From the NCBI GenBank assembly GCA_036785375.1, contig JAWMAR010000006.1, positions 13,144,001 to 13,208,000 of the forward strand: a stretch of DNA of 64,000 nt. Reading direction: 5' to 3'. This stretch comes from Leucoraja ocellata (taxonomy: Eukaryota). Below the pieces are notes generated by a model. It did not search any database. It saw only the letters and a program-made list of their open reading frames with translations, and was not told where the DNA came from. Below are positions 1-14,534 of the stretch, in pieces. A program made the translations under genes and the position numbers. The stretch's first letter is position 1. Every line of letters begins with the position of its first letter.

Positions 1-3000
1 ATGTTGTTGTCATGCTGTCTGTTCACACTGTCATTTCCATCACAGCACCGTCATTCCTTGTTCTACAATGTACTTCAAGTAATAACTTCAACATTTTTCA
101 CTCCAACTCACCTCAGTTTTATCATTTCTATTCCTATATCTCCACCTGGCAGTTTACCTTTAGTTTACCTTTTTTAAAGTTTTTTTTAAGCCTCTCCAGA
201 TTCTCACTACTTGCAACCTTTTAGCAGAAGGTTGGAGATGCTCTGCATGGTACAGCCATGTAAGAAGAGAAAGTGTTCCAACAACAGGCAAGGAAGTGTT
301 ATTGTGGCAGCTAGCAATGGTGGAAGAAGTTTTGTGCATGATTTATTTTCATACCTAGTTCTCTGTCATGCTGTGTGTCAGTCTATATATACTGGCTGAC
401 ACGGTTAAGATATTTTGGCCAAGTCTGCCTCTCTTTCTGTCCTTTCCTCCTTGCATTTTATTGCAAGTATTGAACATGTGAAAGCTTCTCTGCCTATCTT
501 CGTGAAGGTTCCTTGTTACCTTTTCTTGCTCATATTTGGATATTGGCTCCACAAGTATTTCAGGAGCTAGGTTAGGAGAGGTGAATCACTGGGCATAAAT
601 CCATAGGGAGCAAGGCACAGGGCTAGGATGTGACTGCACACCAAGTTTGCAAGTATTCACAGTTACGTAGATGTTTGCTCTCAGGCTGGCAGAGACGTCG
701 ATTGCCGACCTTGTGAGGTGCTTGACTTTAACACTTCTCATGGCTGAGTGTGGAGCTTTAAGAACATCCCTTCCAACAGTCTAGTATTCACCAAGTGGTC
801 AGCTCCAGCATTACTGCAATTTATTCCTTTCCTCCCCTTTACCCATTCCATCTCCCCACTCTCCATGTCATAGAATCTCCCTTAATGGCCTTTACAGATG
901 CGATGCAAGCTCTAAAGCCAAATGTAATGGTTTTGGTAGTCACTATGAATGGGGTGTTGCAAAGTTTGTGTTATATGTGCCATCTGTTTGCCCACAGAGG
1001 ATAGTAGCGCTGCAATGCTGACCCTGAAAAATAATTTTGGATCCATGGGATGGGCACTCAGTGTTATTTATGGGAATGACAATTTACCTATGCCTCTGCC
1101 ATCCCTTTCATCAATGGCTTTTGGTGCCATGCATTCCAGTAGGCAAAATATTTATCTTGGTTTGTGGCATCTTAGTACAAACTAAATTCAGGCCTTTGAG
1201 GATAAAAACTGCTTAAGAATATGCACCAATATCTTGAGGAATCCTTAATGATAGCTCAATAGTCTTTCACCTCTTAAGTTGGGGAAAAACTTTGTCTGGG
1301 CTGAGAAAGCAGACATATAAAATACACATCTGAAAGATGATTCATGATTTTTTTTGGTCGATTTTGAGATAATTGTTTCAGAACTTTTTTTGGATTGTTA
1401 ACCATCAAGTATGTTGGTGAGAGCAATGTGCTAACATTTTAATTGAATTATGCCTGGAAGTATAATGAGATTATTCGTATTGGAAATGGAAGCAATGATT
1501 TAAATGAAATGTTCTTTGATGAGCTGGTCTCTCGAAGTTCTTGCGGATATGGACTTTGCCATCACCCCCTCTCTCCGTTTCTCTCACCATCCTTCTCTTC
1601 TTCCATTGCCATTGTACAACACCACCAGATGGTCATCAAGTGTGGTCCCTTGTGATAGCAGTGTTTCAGAGCATTCAGCAGATGCTGACAGATCCAGAAC
1701 ATGTACATCTGTAGAATCAAATGCTATCTTCCCTATGTGGCACAGTACCTCATCTATAAATAGCCTTATAATTGTTTTTTTACTCTATATACTTGGATTT
1801 AAATTGGTGCAAGAGTTAGTTCTTTGTAGTATCCATCTTTGTTAGGTCATATGCCAATCTTCCTAAGATTTCAGAAAGTAATGTTTGTTCACTGTTTAGA
1901 GAGTAGATATAAAAGTAGCCAATGTTTAGTGGCTACTTAAGCTTAGAGGTGAACAACGTTATAAAACCCTTATACTCATCAAAAATAGATTTTATATTAA
2001 TAATATAAACCAGACACTGACATTTTAAAATGGATTTTAAGACACGCCACAATTGCTTAATCTTGACCTCATCCTTGACATGTCTCTGTATCTGGACTCT
2101 AGTCTAGAACACTGGGCCTAGCACGGACCTGGCTTTCTCATCCCTGGTCTTGGACATCGAGAACGGTGATTGTGAGTAGGATGCACCTATCTTGCAGCTG
2201 GATCTGTCCTATACATTTGTGCACCACAGCTTTGGCATAATAAATGGAATTGTACTAAATATTGATTTAAACTTCCCTTACCCTGTCTGCTACATTCAAA
2301 ATCGAATATCTACCAAAAATCAATGTTTGGAATCTATGATAGAGTACAGTCATATCCAAATTCAATCTTAGTAACCGCAATATTCTTCACATATAAATAG
2401 TTAATATAGGTTTTTTGTGCAATAAACCTTGTGGTTGAAATAAGGTTCATGCAGCAATAATCCACTCCATAGCTGATTAGAACCATTACCATATAACTTG
2501 TTTACGCTGTAGTTGATGGTTTGACATCAAGATTTGAATAAATTGAACCATATTAGCATATCTGCACTGTGAATGGAGAACAGATTCTGACATTGCAATT
2601 CCACTTCCTCTAGGACCTCTCACAGCATTATTCTATCAGTCTGTGATAATTGTAGATTATGTCCACTATTGTAAATTTATCCCATATTCATAAGGACTTT
2701 GAACAGCCAAATAAAGCAATGTCTTTTTCTGAAGATTTGATATGAAAAGGCTCTATCTCTACTTGACATTGAGTTGGAGAAAGGAGAGCGGTAGAGAGGT
2801 GCAGACTCATTCCAGCACATCGTAGCACAGGAAATGCTAGAACATGGTGTCAGCGATATAATAACAAGGTTTACTATTATTAGAAATCCTAATATTGAGC
2901 AGAACTGTTATCGAATTAGAAGATGGTTTGTTAAACGGGTTAATATTTAGAAGTTATGTCACAGGGTTGAGGATCAACAATGGATTTAAAATATTTTAAA

Positions 3001-3161
3001 GTTTGAAAAATGTGCAAAATCATGGTTCATGGTGTGTAACATATTAACAATCATTATGAATTAATTAGTGCTTAGAAAGCAGACAGAATGTTTTCAGGTT
3101 GGCAGGATGCAGCTGGTTAATTGCCGTCAGGATTAGTGCTTGGATATTTGCTATCTACCTA

Positions 3162-3628
3162 TCTATATATTACTAAATCTCTGTTCTTGACCACCTTTGG
3201 CCTTCTGTGCTGCGTTTTCCGAGAGAACGCCACCACCTACGGCCGTTATTTTTGGCCAACTTGCTCAGAGCCCCCCTCTGCCGCATGTGTGCGGAGGATT
3301 TTTCCAGTCGATGAAAAATGACGGAGATATTAATGTTTTTACAAACTTCCCCATTCTCTCTGCTGCCCCTGCTGGAGGGAGGGGGAGGGACTATAAAACC
3401 AGGAAGTGGGGTGCCTCAATCAGTCTCTCATCAAGATGGAGCTCTGTCAATTAGTCTCTGTCACTCTGAGCTCTGAATGACACTGAACAAATCTCTTCAC
3501 ACCTGTGAGTAATTACCCTTAATGTGGTTTGAAAATGAAAATATGGTTAGTTTGAAATAAAAGAGCACTGCCTGCAAATGGTTGTTTGGGGGGTTTGGGT
3601 TGAAGTAAAAAGGAACTCTCTTTCTCTG
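3162..3628 (+). mobile_element. Helitron-like non-autonomous element, 5' part
   Basis: Starts A|TCTATATATTACTAAA, typical of an animal Helitron 5' end. There is an abrupt compositional change, and it interrupts a degraded CR1 fragment (~3080-3155 and ~4000-4110). Confidence 0.55.
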
Positions 3629-3958
3629 TAATGGCCGCTCGTCGGTACTCGGGGCTTTCGCGGACATTTTTCAACATGTTGAAAAAATCTTCACGAGTCT
3701 TCCCGAGCTTACCTGCCGTTAACGAGTCTTTCAGAGTACCTGCCGTTAGTGTTACGAGCCGCTAAGAGACGTCCATGAGCTCCGACGTACCCGTTACGTT
3801 CATTCTTCGTGCTTACCACGAGTTAGATTTTTTTTAACTTGGGAGAGCTCTTGGAATGAACTCGCACCGTGGGACAGGGCCATTAATCTCCGAGTTCGAA
3901 TCAGGGCAAACTCGGGAGAGCTCTTGGAATAAACTCGTACCGTGGGACAGGGCCATTA
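3629..3958. mobile_element. PIF/Harbinger-like MITE remnant with duplicated right end
   Basis: The left end TAATGGCC is the reverse complement of the right end GGCCATTA. The ~45-bp right end occurs twice (3841-3885, 3914-3958). There is an internal 20-bp palindrome at 3667-3686. Confidence 0.55.
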
Positions 3959-4912
3959 CATCAAATAAAAATCTTGACCTTGTCCATATCCCATGAATGA
4001 ATAATGATTTAGGTTGAGTCCTGGGAGAGTGGGGTTGACCCTTGAGGAAAGATTGAATAGAATGGTGCTATATTCCCTTGAGTTAGTGGAGAGGTAATTT
4101 CATTGAAATCCTTTGTCTTTTGTTAATGACTGCATTAATATTGCAGATTTAGTGTTGCAATAAGACTGTTCCAATGTAACAAATACTTAAAGGTCTCTGG
4201 AAGGAACAGCCACAGATTGGATGGATTTAAACCAATGATTCCAAATGGATCAGCTGGAAATTATCCATTAATAGAATCAGTTTCAGGACTGATACACTTC
4301 ATGCAGTCAGTCGCAATATCCTGAATTCAATTGGCAGTAGTGAGATCTATAGCAAGACATTTTGCTACTTAATGTAACTCCTCAAGGGGAATTGATTTCA
4401 ATGAGGATTTTAGATCTGCAGAGAACAGAGGTTGTTTTTTAAATTGTGCATATTATGTTTTTATTCATCTATGTTTAAGTACTTCCTAATTTGAGTTTTT
4501 TATATCATTAGTTTAAAGAAATCAGCATCTAGTTTAGTTGAGTTAAAGCATCAGGACCACGTGAGTAATTGTGGGCAGCAGGTCCTGCTAGCATGGTCAG
4601 ACCTATTATCTCATGCTCTTTAAATCTGAGACAATATATTTCCATAGTAGCGTGAAATCTGATTATCTAATAAACAACTTATTATCTCTCATAGATTATT
4701 TAAGCATATTGAGCTTTGGGGCATTTCTCATATGTCTCTTGCTGTGTCCTGATGTGATTCTAATCAGATGATGTAAATAATATCAACCATAAATGGACTA
4801 TGTAGATACTGAAATAAGCTCTGGGCATTATATTGTTGCGTTTTATTTTTCAGTCATGGTACAGAAATATGAATTCCATCTGAATTACAGGTCACTATAT
4901 TGTGTCTCCATT

Positions 4913-5320
4913 TCATAATCATAATCGTAATTTATTAGCCAAGTATGTTTTGCAACATACGAGGAATTTGGTTTGCCATACAGTCATACCAAAAAGGCAA
5001 CAAGACACACAACTACATAAAAATTTGGCATAAACATCCACCACAGCGGCTCCTCCACATTCCCCACTGTGATGGAAGGCAATAAAGTCTTATCTTGTTT
5101 TCTCCCACGGTCGGAGTAGTCGAACCATCCGCAGTCGGGGTGATTGAAGCTCCCGCAGCTGGCGATCGGAGCTCCCACGTCGGGGTGATCGAGGCTCCCG
5201 TGATTGGGGCGGTCGAAGCTCCTGCAGCTTAGAGCTCCCGAAGCCGCTCCCTAACCAAGGACCCCGAGCTCCACGTTATTAAAGTCCGCAGACCTCCGCG
5301 GTTGGAGTTTCTGGGGTCGA
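4913..5320 (-). mobile_element. Non-autonomous retroelement with GC-rich body and (ATTATG)n-like tail
   Basis: Short-repeat tail followed by a ...catacttggctaataaa 3' end on the minus strand; internal repeated gagctccc units; shares a core with 19163-20030. Confidence 0.6.
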
Positions 5321-6377
5321 TTTTAGAGATAAAAATACTGAAGGGATTTTCTATGTGGATGAACAAGTCTTAGAATTTATTTTAATGATATTGCCTTTGG
5401 AAAAAGGAACTGAAGCGAAGTTGACAGAGGTACTATTAGCATTCTGTGAGACACAATTACGTACAGTTAACTAACTGTGTAGGAGTACTAGTGTTTACTT
5501 AAATGATTCCTTGAAAAGATTGTCAGATTGATGAATGATGTCTCCATTCCAGGATTATGTTGAAACTGATGAGCTAAAAGAAGCTTCCTCGCCTTTATAT
5601 AGACTCAATGCTTAAGGGTCGTGACCTGAAACATCACCTATCTATGTTCTCCAGAGATGCTGCCTGATCCGCTGAGTGCTTTATATCTTTGTCAACCAGC
5701 ATCTTCAGTTTTTTGTTTATACTCTAGTTTGTGAAATGGCTGGATTGTGTTATGGGGAAAGGTTGGATCGGCTAGGCTTGTATTCACTGGAGCCAAAAGA
5801 GTATGACAATGACAATGAAGGAAAAATCAGATGTTTGAAGCCAAACAAGCCATATCTACGTTCATAAACAGTGATAGATGGATCTTATTCTAGAATTGAA
5901 TGTTTGTGTAAATAAAGGACAGGCTGTCATAGAACACTGGTCCGCTGTAAATAGATTGCAAGTGAATAAGCCAGCACAAAAAGTCAAGATAGTCTTTTCA
6001 AGTATAACTTGGAAAATTATGATAAAAGTATCATAGCCAACATTTCTGAGACTTGCCCTTCTCATTTCAGAACTGAATCAATCATTTATGAAATTTCAGA
6101 ATTTTGTTGAATTTATTTTTCCTCAAAGTTTTATCTTAGCGTTATATAAATTGTATTTGAGAAGGCATTTTTGTCTTTTAGTTCTGGCTTAAAATATATC
6201 AAAATAAAAGTAAAAAATGTGTAGGAAGGGACTGCAGATGCTTTTTTAAACCAAAGATAGACACAAAAAGCTGGCAGCATCTCTGGAGAATAGGAACAGG
6301 TGATGTTTCAGGTCGAGACCATTTTTGAGACCATAATTAAAACTGTTCATTTGCAATTCCAGCGATATTTTTTTTAA

Positions 6378-6533
<156 letters not shown>

Positions 6534-7157
6534 TAAGTAATTCTGAATTTCAAACATACTGTACATTTTACTTTCAAATTTGTTGTAGTTGATCGAGGCA
6601 TTTATCCCCAAACACTTATAACAGAATGTAGAAATTTTCAGGAAAAGGCAAAAATGTTCAATGAGTCATTCGTATCGACTTACAGAACAAATTCCCAGTC
6701 CTCTTTTCAAATCCTTTTGTGCAGCCCAGACCAAAGTATTTGTCAGTATTTAATGCGTTTGACCACATCATCTACCCAATTTTCTAAATTCATCCTATGG
6801 TATTTCCATAGCATGCATATAATGCTCCTTTTTGTTTTTATCAGATCAACCATTCTGTATCACTCTGTGGCTCTAAACCTTGTGTTCCTGATATGTTAGC
6901 CATTGTGGTATTGTTTGGTGAAACACAATGCCCATTTTGCAACATTGAAGGAGTAATACTGCTTCAGAACTGGTTTAGTGCCTGTGAAACAAAAACAAAA
7001 ATCTAAAAAGTGTGGTGTGCATCTAAATTGCTTCATCCCCAAGAGAACAGAGAAGAGAGTGTGTACTTTTTCTTCAATTATGAGTACATTAAAAAATGGT
7101 TCCATCGGTTAGCAAAGGTTAAAAATGAAACAGAACTATTATTGATTCAGAAAATAA

Positions 7158-7355
<198 letters not shown>

Positions 7356-7811
7356 TAGTTATCATTGTTTTGTCGAATGCTGTTTTACCTCTAGACGTTT
7401 AGTAATGCTACAATAAGGACAAAGCAGTCACATCTCCAATACTTCTATCCACATTTCTGAATATCTTATAGCAATTACATCATCTAACATTCTCAAAAAT
7501 AACTTGTACCCAGCTGTATTTAGAACTTGTTTTCACAGCTTTGAGATTTTATTTTAAATGTATCCTATGTCTTTTTTGTGAATGTAAGCAGAAATACACA
7601 GGGTGATAAATGACAAATATTTGCATAACCAGAAAAGACAGCCACAGTTAATTGAGCTTTTCCTGTAGTTTAGAAAATGTTATCTGCTATTCCTCTCTTA
7701 CCATCCCTGCTCTCATATCACTAAAAACCCATCCAACATCTATCATCAGTAAGAATATAGCCTCCTCTGCGTACCCACCACATTTAAATTTAAACAACAC
7801 ACATCAATGAA

Positions 7812-8095
7812 ACAGCATGAAAACAGGGTCGTTGGCCTGCCATGCCTGTACTGAATATCACAGGCCCATTTATGCTAATTCCATTTTATTCCCCTCACAT
7901 TCCCACTCAACTCTCTCCAGATTCTGCTGCTCATCTGCAAACTCAGAACAATTCACAGTGGCCAATTAACCTTTCATCCAGCACATCTGAAGCCTCCGGG
8001 AGAGACCCATGTGGTCAGAGGAAGAACTCCACATAACATTTAAGGTCAAAATTGAGCTGTGACAGAGGAGGTCAATCAACAGTGCCATTATGCTG
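7812..8095 (-). mobile_element. Degenerate HE1-type V-SINE
   Basis: Reverse complement of the SINE tail (acagcatgaaaacagg...) and V-domain remnants. Confidence 0.55.
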
Positions 8096-11000
8096 CTGAA
8101 CTGCTTTAGGCTTTATTTTAATTTATTGCTGCAGTGATCATTCTCAGAAATATGTAAGTTGCAACATTTTTCAAGCTAATATCAAGTGAAATTGTGAACC
8201 TACCATTTGAACTTTGAGCACCTTGTGGTCTAGATATATTAGTGTATCCAATTGGGCATTGCAATAGAATGTCAACTGCCAGTAGACCCCCGTGTCCACG
8301 GTTACAAGCATTTGTTGCAAGGCATCAGAACCTGTAAAAGTTTTAATGTGCTATTTGGAAGTCAGGAGTGAAGTTAGGTTCAGAGGTGCAAAGTGACCAG
8401 TAACCATAGGCTGGATCAGCCCCTATTCTGCATTTGAGATTGGAGGCAGGATCTAGGGATGGGTGTGGGATTGGGTTGGGGGATAGTAACTAAAGAGGGA
8501 TTACTTCTAACAGATTAACCAAGGAGGAAAGGAGCCCAAGGTCAGGCCAATAATCTGCCAAGGAGATGAAAAATTCCAGTCTATCTTCTGTGAGCCTATG
8601 AGCTTGGGTACAAGGCTCAAAGATGTTCTCCGGATGGGCTTTGATTAAGATTGTGCAAAAGATCTTGATGACTAACTTTTTATATTTTTTAGTTTAATCC
8701 TACGAACAGACACGCACTCACACAATCATGTTGAAATTCCATCACTTCTCTATCATGAATGTTTTAGTAATTTGAGCAATTTTGCTGCATCCCTCTATCT
8801 CTTACGAAGAAATTCAGTTGTGTCTCTTGATTTTCCACTGTCTTCTGTATACTTCCCAATTCATTTGGATATTCTCCCTTTACCATTGATTCCTTCTTAA
8901 TATGTTTTTATCTTGAACCTAATTATTTTATGCTGATATTTCTTAATTGTTCTCCTGCACTGTCATTTGCTGATGGTCCCACTTGATTTCATAGAATTTG
9001 ATTAATCACATTATTATTATTTATTAAATTAAAACTAATTGTATGAAAAAGTGTACTCAGGAACAACCCAGAAAATTCTTGTCACGTTAGTTTCACCCCA
9101 ACAAATCCGATCGTGATAATTGCACATTATTACCCCCATACCAAGGAATGTGACGGTGACTAGTGAAAACTAAATATCTGCTCCTTCCAGTGGATTAGAA
9201 CAAAAGTTGAGATGGCTAAGAATGGGGGACATCTCAGACGAAAGTGTAAAAATTGTAACGAAATTCTCCATAGAAACCAACTTAAAACAAAACAGTTGTG
9301 CACAATGCATCTTACACATTTCAGAGTTGAGCAGTTGAAAAAGTTTGTTAAATCTTTTGTTTTCATTTCCTTTTTCAGTTACTGTTTTTAAGAGTCTGAA
9401 TGTTGGTGTGAAGGCAGTCAAAAGAAAATGCCACAAGACCTGAGATACATTACCATACAGGTTTTTATTATTTTAAACAGTGTGTCTGTAGCGTACAAGC
9501 TTAGAGAAATTAAAGATCATATGCTTGTCTGTATTTCCTAAACAACATTCAACAGATTCTGGCTAACATAACAATCATCAAAAACATCTTAAGTTTTATT
9601 GACATAGAATTGTACTAATTTTATTTATCTTTTTAGTTATGAACAAAAGCATCTGTGTTACTAAATCTCTTATAAAAAATGTAATCTATATCCTTGAAAT
9701 ACAGAAAAATAATAACAGATTAGATAGGTAACTATAAATAGAATGTATATGAGTGTAAATCAATAAATAAAATGCAAGTTATATTAAATAATTCAACTAA
9801 TTAATAAAGTTAGCGCTTTTAGGTCACGGGGTTAGTTTTTGTAGGTAGCATATTTGTCTATTCATGCATTGTGCTGCGTAGGAGTATCGTTGAATTTCTC
9901 CAATTGAGAGTTTTTAATTCACAATAGTTTGCTTGGGGAAAGCACTGAATAGCAACAGACATTTCCCAATGCAGAAGGGGGTTGTGGAATAGTTGTACAG
10001 ATCTGGGAATTTGAACAAAATGAAAGCCCTCTGGACAACAGGTGTAAAATGGGTCACGTTTCCCTTACCTGGCCACTGGAGGCAGAAAAGCATGGACCCC
10101 GAGGTGAGCCTCGCAGCATCTGAGCAGAAGAATAAAAATTAAGAAGGCCAAACATTGAATCGAGCTCTGGAATGCAAGGATTTCTAGGATGGAAGCTATT
10201 AAAGGTTCAGTGAAGATTGAAATGTATGGTCAATGCTGTGAGCAGAGTTAATAATGATAACTTTATGCAGTTACCAAGGAATTGTTGCCAAAACTGGACA
10301 AAAAAATCCAGTTTGTTTTATAACCATGTTATGTCATCACTGGTTGATGGCATAGCCACTGGGTTGTTTTTGCGAATGTTTGGTTGGCATTGATAGCTTG
10401 TAAAATAACCTCTGTAATCATATTGGGCATATAGAAAATGAAGTACCTTAAATAGATTTTAGATACTGATTAGTTGCTTCACAATCTTATGATGAAACTG
10501 GCACTACTGTGTAGTGCATTTTATTTACATATGTTAAATTGTTAGGGAATAACAATTAGGAGCCAATTTGTTTTTTGCTCATTATATTGATTTTCCATGA
10601 TTATATTTTATTGTACAATAATTTAATATCCTCGTGAGATAGTTAAGGTATATGACATTGTGAAAGACTCTGGTAGACCAATAGGAAGATGGACCAATAA
10701 CTAGGAGACATGGAAGACTGATTTGAGGGGAACAGCTTTTTTTTTTCACTTAAGCGATGATAAGGATTTGGAACTTGCATACTGAAAAGGTGATAGGTAC
10801 AGAAATTCTCATTATATTTGAAAAGTACCTGCATGTATTATTAAAGAGGCATGGTCTATAGGGATATGGGGCTAAGGCTGAAAGATGGAATTAGGTCATA
10901 TAGTTTTATTTTCAAATTTGCACAGACACGGTGGGTTAAATTACCATCTCGTGTTGTAAATTTCTTAATGATTCCATGACCATTAATTAATTATGTTGAT

Positions 11001-13131
11001 AGTCATGTTTGGTGAATAATTTTTTTTTTTTCACTCCACAGTATTAACAATATTTTCTGCCACACAGTTGTACTGTGTTGCAAAAGATTACCATGTGATT
11101 AAACCAAATTTGGTATGAGGTTTGCTGAATTGATGTTTTGCTATGAATCTGGGGTAATTTATTGTTTTTGGCATCTGCATACCACATACTTGGAAAATAT
11201 GATATAATGGCAATTTAGGAAGGTAGCCAACCAAATAATTAATGTTGCCTCACTTTTGTAACTGTTCAAACAGATGCTTTTAAATAACATTTAATGAATA
11301 CCAAAATAGTCAATATGTTATTGTCAGCAAATATGATCTTTAATTAGGTTGTGGTGTTGCTCAGTGTTCATGCTTAAATGGAGCTGTTGTTTACTTTTTT
11401 AACCATTTAGCGCATAATTATTGCTCCATTAATTACTTACTCTTTCATTGCTTAAGTGCATTTTGCCTACTGTCTTTCACAGCTCATACCGTGTCCTAAA
11501 ATAATCTTTTGTTTAATATTTAAACAGAAGTACCTAATTGAGCATAGTTAAGCCATTGTGGAAATAAGTATCTGATAGCATTGTACTTGATATTGTATTG
11601 CTTTTGTTGATCCATGATAGAAATGCTCCGGAGGTTCCTGAAGTAAAAGTTTAAAAATATCTACCAGTAGAAGGAATAACAACTGTAAACAATCATTTAT
11701 GTTTCAGCAAATACAGTACACAAATGCACTTGATACATTTGTTAATTTGATATTATTAACTTGACATTAACTTTTATCTACATTTCTAGAATTTTATGTA
11801 AACCCAGATTACCTGTCCACTCAGAGTTTCATGTGGAAAGAAATCAATTAATTCTGTCGCTTTCCATAATTCAGTGCACTAAATCTTAGAATCAGTTTTG
11901 CTGCTTTGAATTGTATCAGAAAGTCAATAATTAGCACTTGAAATGGATAGGGGTTTTCTTTCTACAGTTAAAGGAAACTGTAAACACTAGAAATTGGTAA
12001 TGAACTAGATGATATCTGAGTACTAAATTGTCACAATAAACACCTTCCTGAAGTTATCCAAGAGCAATGTTAATGCTGATATCTGCCTGTATCATAGGGA
12101 ATATTAAACTCTGATTAGATCTTCACAAGTTCACAAGTTATAGGTGTAGAATTAGGCCATTTGGCCCATGCTTTGGGAAAGAAGACTTTATTTCTGAAGT
12201 AAGAAACCAATATGAGGACATGTTATTTGAGTATTACGACAATAAAAACAATCGCTGATGTAAACTTGAGAAAAAGATGCTCTGTAAAAGTAAATTCTTA
12301 ATTTTATTTTCCGTTTGTTCCAATGCCCAAAATTTAATTGGAATAAATATACTTATGAGTGCACTGAGCTACACTCTTAAGTGCTTTGTTGTAATAGTGC
12401 CTGAATAATGTTTAATTTTAAGTAAATCTGCCCATAGTGTCATCTTAAATAAATATAAAATGTCTGTTTGTACAACGTAATATCGAATAATTTTGAATCA
12501 ACCCGATTCAAAGATGTTCTGTAAATCATGCCTGCCATGCCGCTGATGGGAAATGGTCAGGCAAAAGAGTCAGAGTTCCAAAGTGCGGAATTTGTGTTGT
12601 AATAAACACTTCAGTTTAATTCTTTTCATGTAGTTATCAACCAAATGTGTAATCCAGGTTATTTTTGTAATTTCAGAAGCTGGTGACTTCTGCAATGAGT
12701 GGTGGTCCAAATGTAGCTTTTATATATTGACAGTATATTAAATGTTATTTTCCACGCAATTTTACTAAAGATCAAAATGTTAGACTTCTTTCAAACTGAA
12801 GGGGACCATATTTTCCCTGCCCATTGAGTAATATATACATTGATGTATTGCTAGCAATTCCCTTTATGTAGCTAACACCTCCAGCAAGCACCCACTCAAT
12901 CTTGCATGGCTGAACATGTGCCCATGCCAGTAACACTATCTAAATGGATCATACTAATTATAGGTTGATTGGCTGATAGCTGCTACAGTTCTACATGCCT
13001 TAGGTGTTGGTATGTTTCAAGGTAAATGCTGTGGTTGTTTCAAGGTAAAGAAGTCGAGATATAGCAGGTTTTGAAAGACTTCTGATGGTAATTCAACTAT
13101 AAAAAATGTTTGCACCCAATGGTGGGAGTAC

Positions 13132-13717
13132 AATGATAATAATAATAATAATAAATTTTATTTATGGGCGCCTTTCAAGAGTCTCAAGGACACCTTACAA
13201 AAATTTAGCAAGTAGAGGAAAAACATGTAAGCGGAATGAAATAAATAGTAGAGACATGACTAGTACACAAATTAAAGACAGAATTCAATTCAAAACACAA
13301 TATGAGGCCATTCAAGCACAGATGAAAAGGGAGGGGGACGTGGGGCTAAGGATAGGCAGAGGTGAAGAGATGGGATGACTGGAAGATGGTGAGGGACACG
13401 GAATTGCGGATCAGTTGGGGGAGGGAGTTCCAGAGCCTGGGAGCTGCCCTGGAGAAGGCTCTGTCCCCAAAACTGCGGAGGTTGGGCTTGTGGATGGAGA
13501 GGAGACCGGCTGATGTGGATCTGAGGGACCGTGAGGGTTGGTAGGGGGAGAGGAAGTCAGTGAGATATGGGTGGGGGGGGGGGCAGATGGTGGAGGGCTT
13601 TGTAGGTGAGGACCAGGATTTTGTAGGTGATCCGGTGGGAGATGGGAAGCCAGTGAAGTTGTTTGAGGACTGGAGTGATGTGATGCCAGGATTTGGTGTG
13701 GGTGATGTGGGTGATGC
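13132..13717 (-). mobile_element. L2-clade LINE 3' fragment
   Basis: Encodes HITPVLKQLHWLPISHRITYKILVLTYKALH ... RSLRS ... GDRAFSRAAPRLWNSLP across frames; (ATT)n tail. Confidence 0.9.
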
Positions 13718-14339
13718 ATAAGTAGTCCTCCAAAAGAGAGTAAAAATGGAAGAATGAGCTGGGGTTGGGCAAGTCGAACAAGCTGCAAGATGGGGAATGG
13801 GGTTGAGGGGTGGGATTGAGTGGTAGAGATGAGAATCAACTGGAGCCATATGTGACCAGGAAGTGCTCCAACTTCAGCAAGAAGCAATGGACAAGATGTC
13901 TGTGCTTCATTAATGGCATCCTTACTGAAATTTCTATGTGTAGCAGCCACATCTACAAGCTTGGAGAAGGGCAAGGATCGCATTGTCTTTGACCATGAAT
14001 CTTCATGCATCTGGACCTTGCTAGAAGTGTACAATGATATTTTTCCATTATTTAAATTTGTTGTATTTCTCTTATGTGTCTTTATTTCAAGGATGCACAT
14101 CTAAAACAAAATGTACCAACATAGTAACCTAATAAAAGATTAAAAGCAGTTCTCCAGAAAAATATTAAAGTATTGAAAATGGATGAATTTTCCCAATATT
14201 ATTCCAATAATTTTCAGTGTGAAATTATAAATTCTTAGTCTAGTTGAGAGATAAAATTATTATTTAGTGTATTTTTTCAAATAATTGCCTGTAAACTAGA
14301 ATTTAATGTCATGTTTAACTACCTTTTCTCTGATAATAA

Positions 14340-14534
<195 letters not shown>

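Noticed and set aside
5566-5590. Sense-strand CTGATGA followed by a short GCT/AGC stem
   Set aside because: No GAAA after the stem, so not a hammerhead.
11621-11642. tag| 22-nt |gtaaaa possible microexon in the C2B intron
   Set aside because: Frameshifting, weak donor, and no insertion known to me at this position.
13346-14100. Long minus-strand ORFs (167 and 229 aa)
   Set aside because: Frameshifted pieces and alternative frames of an L2 fragment.
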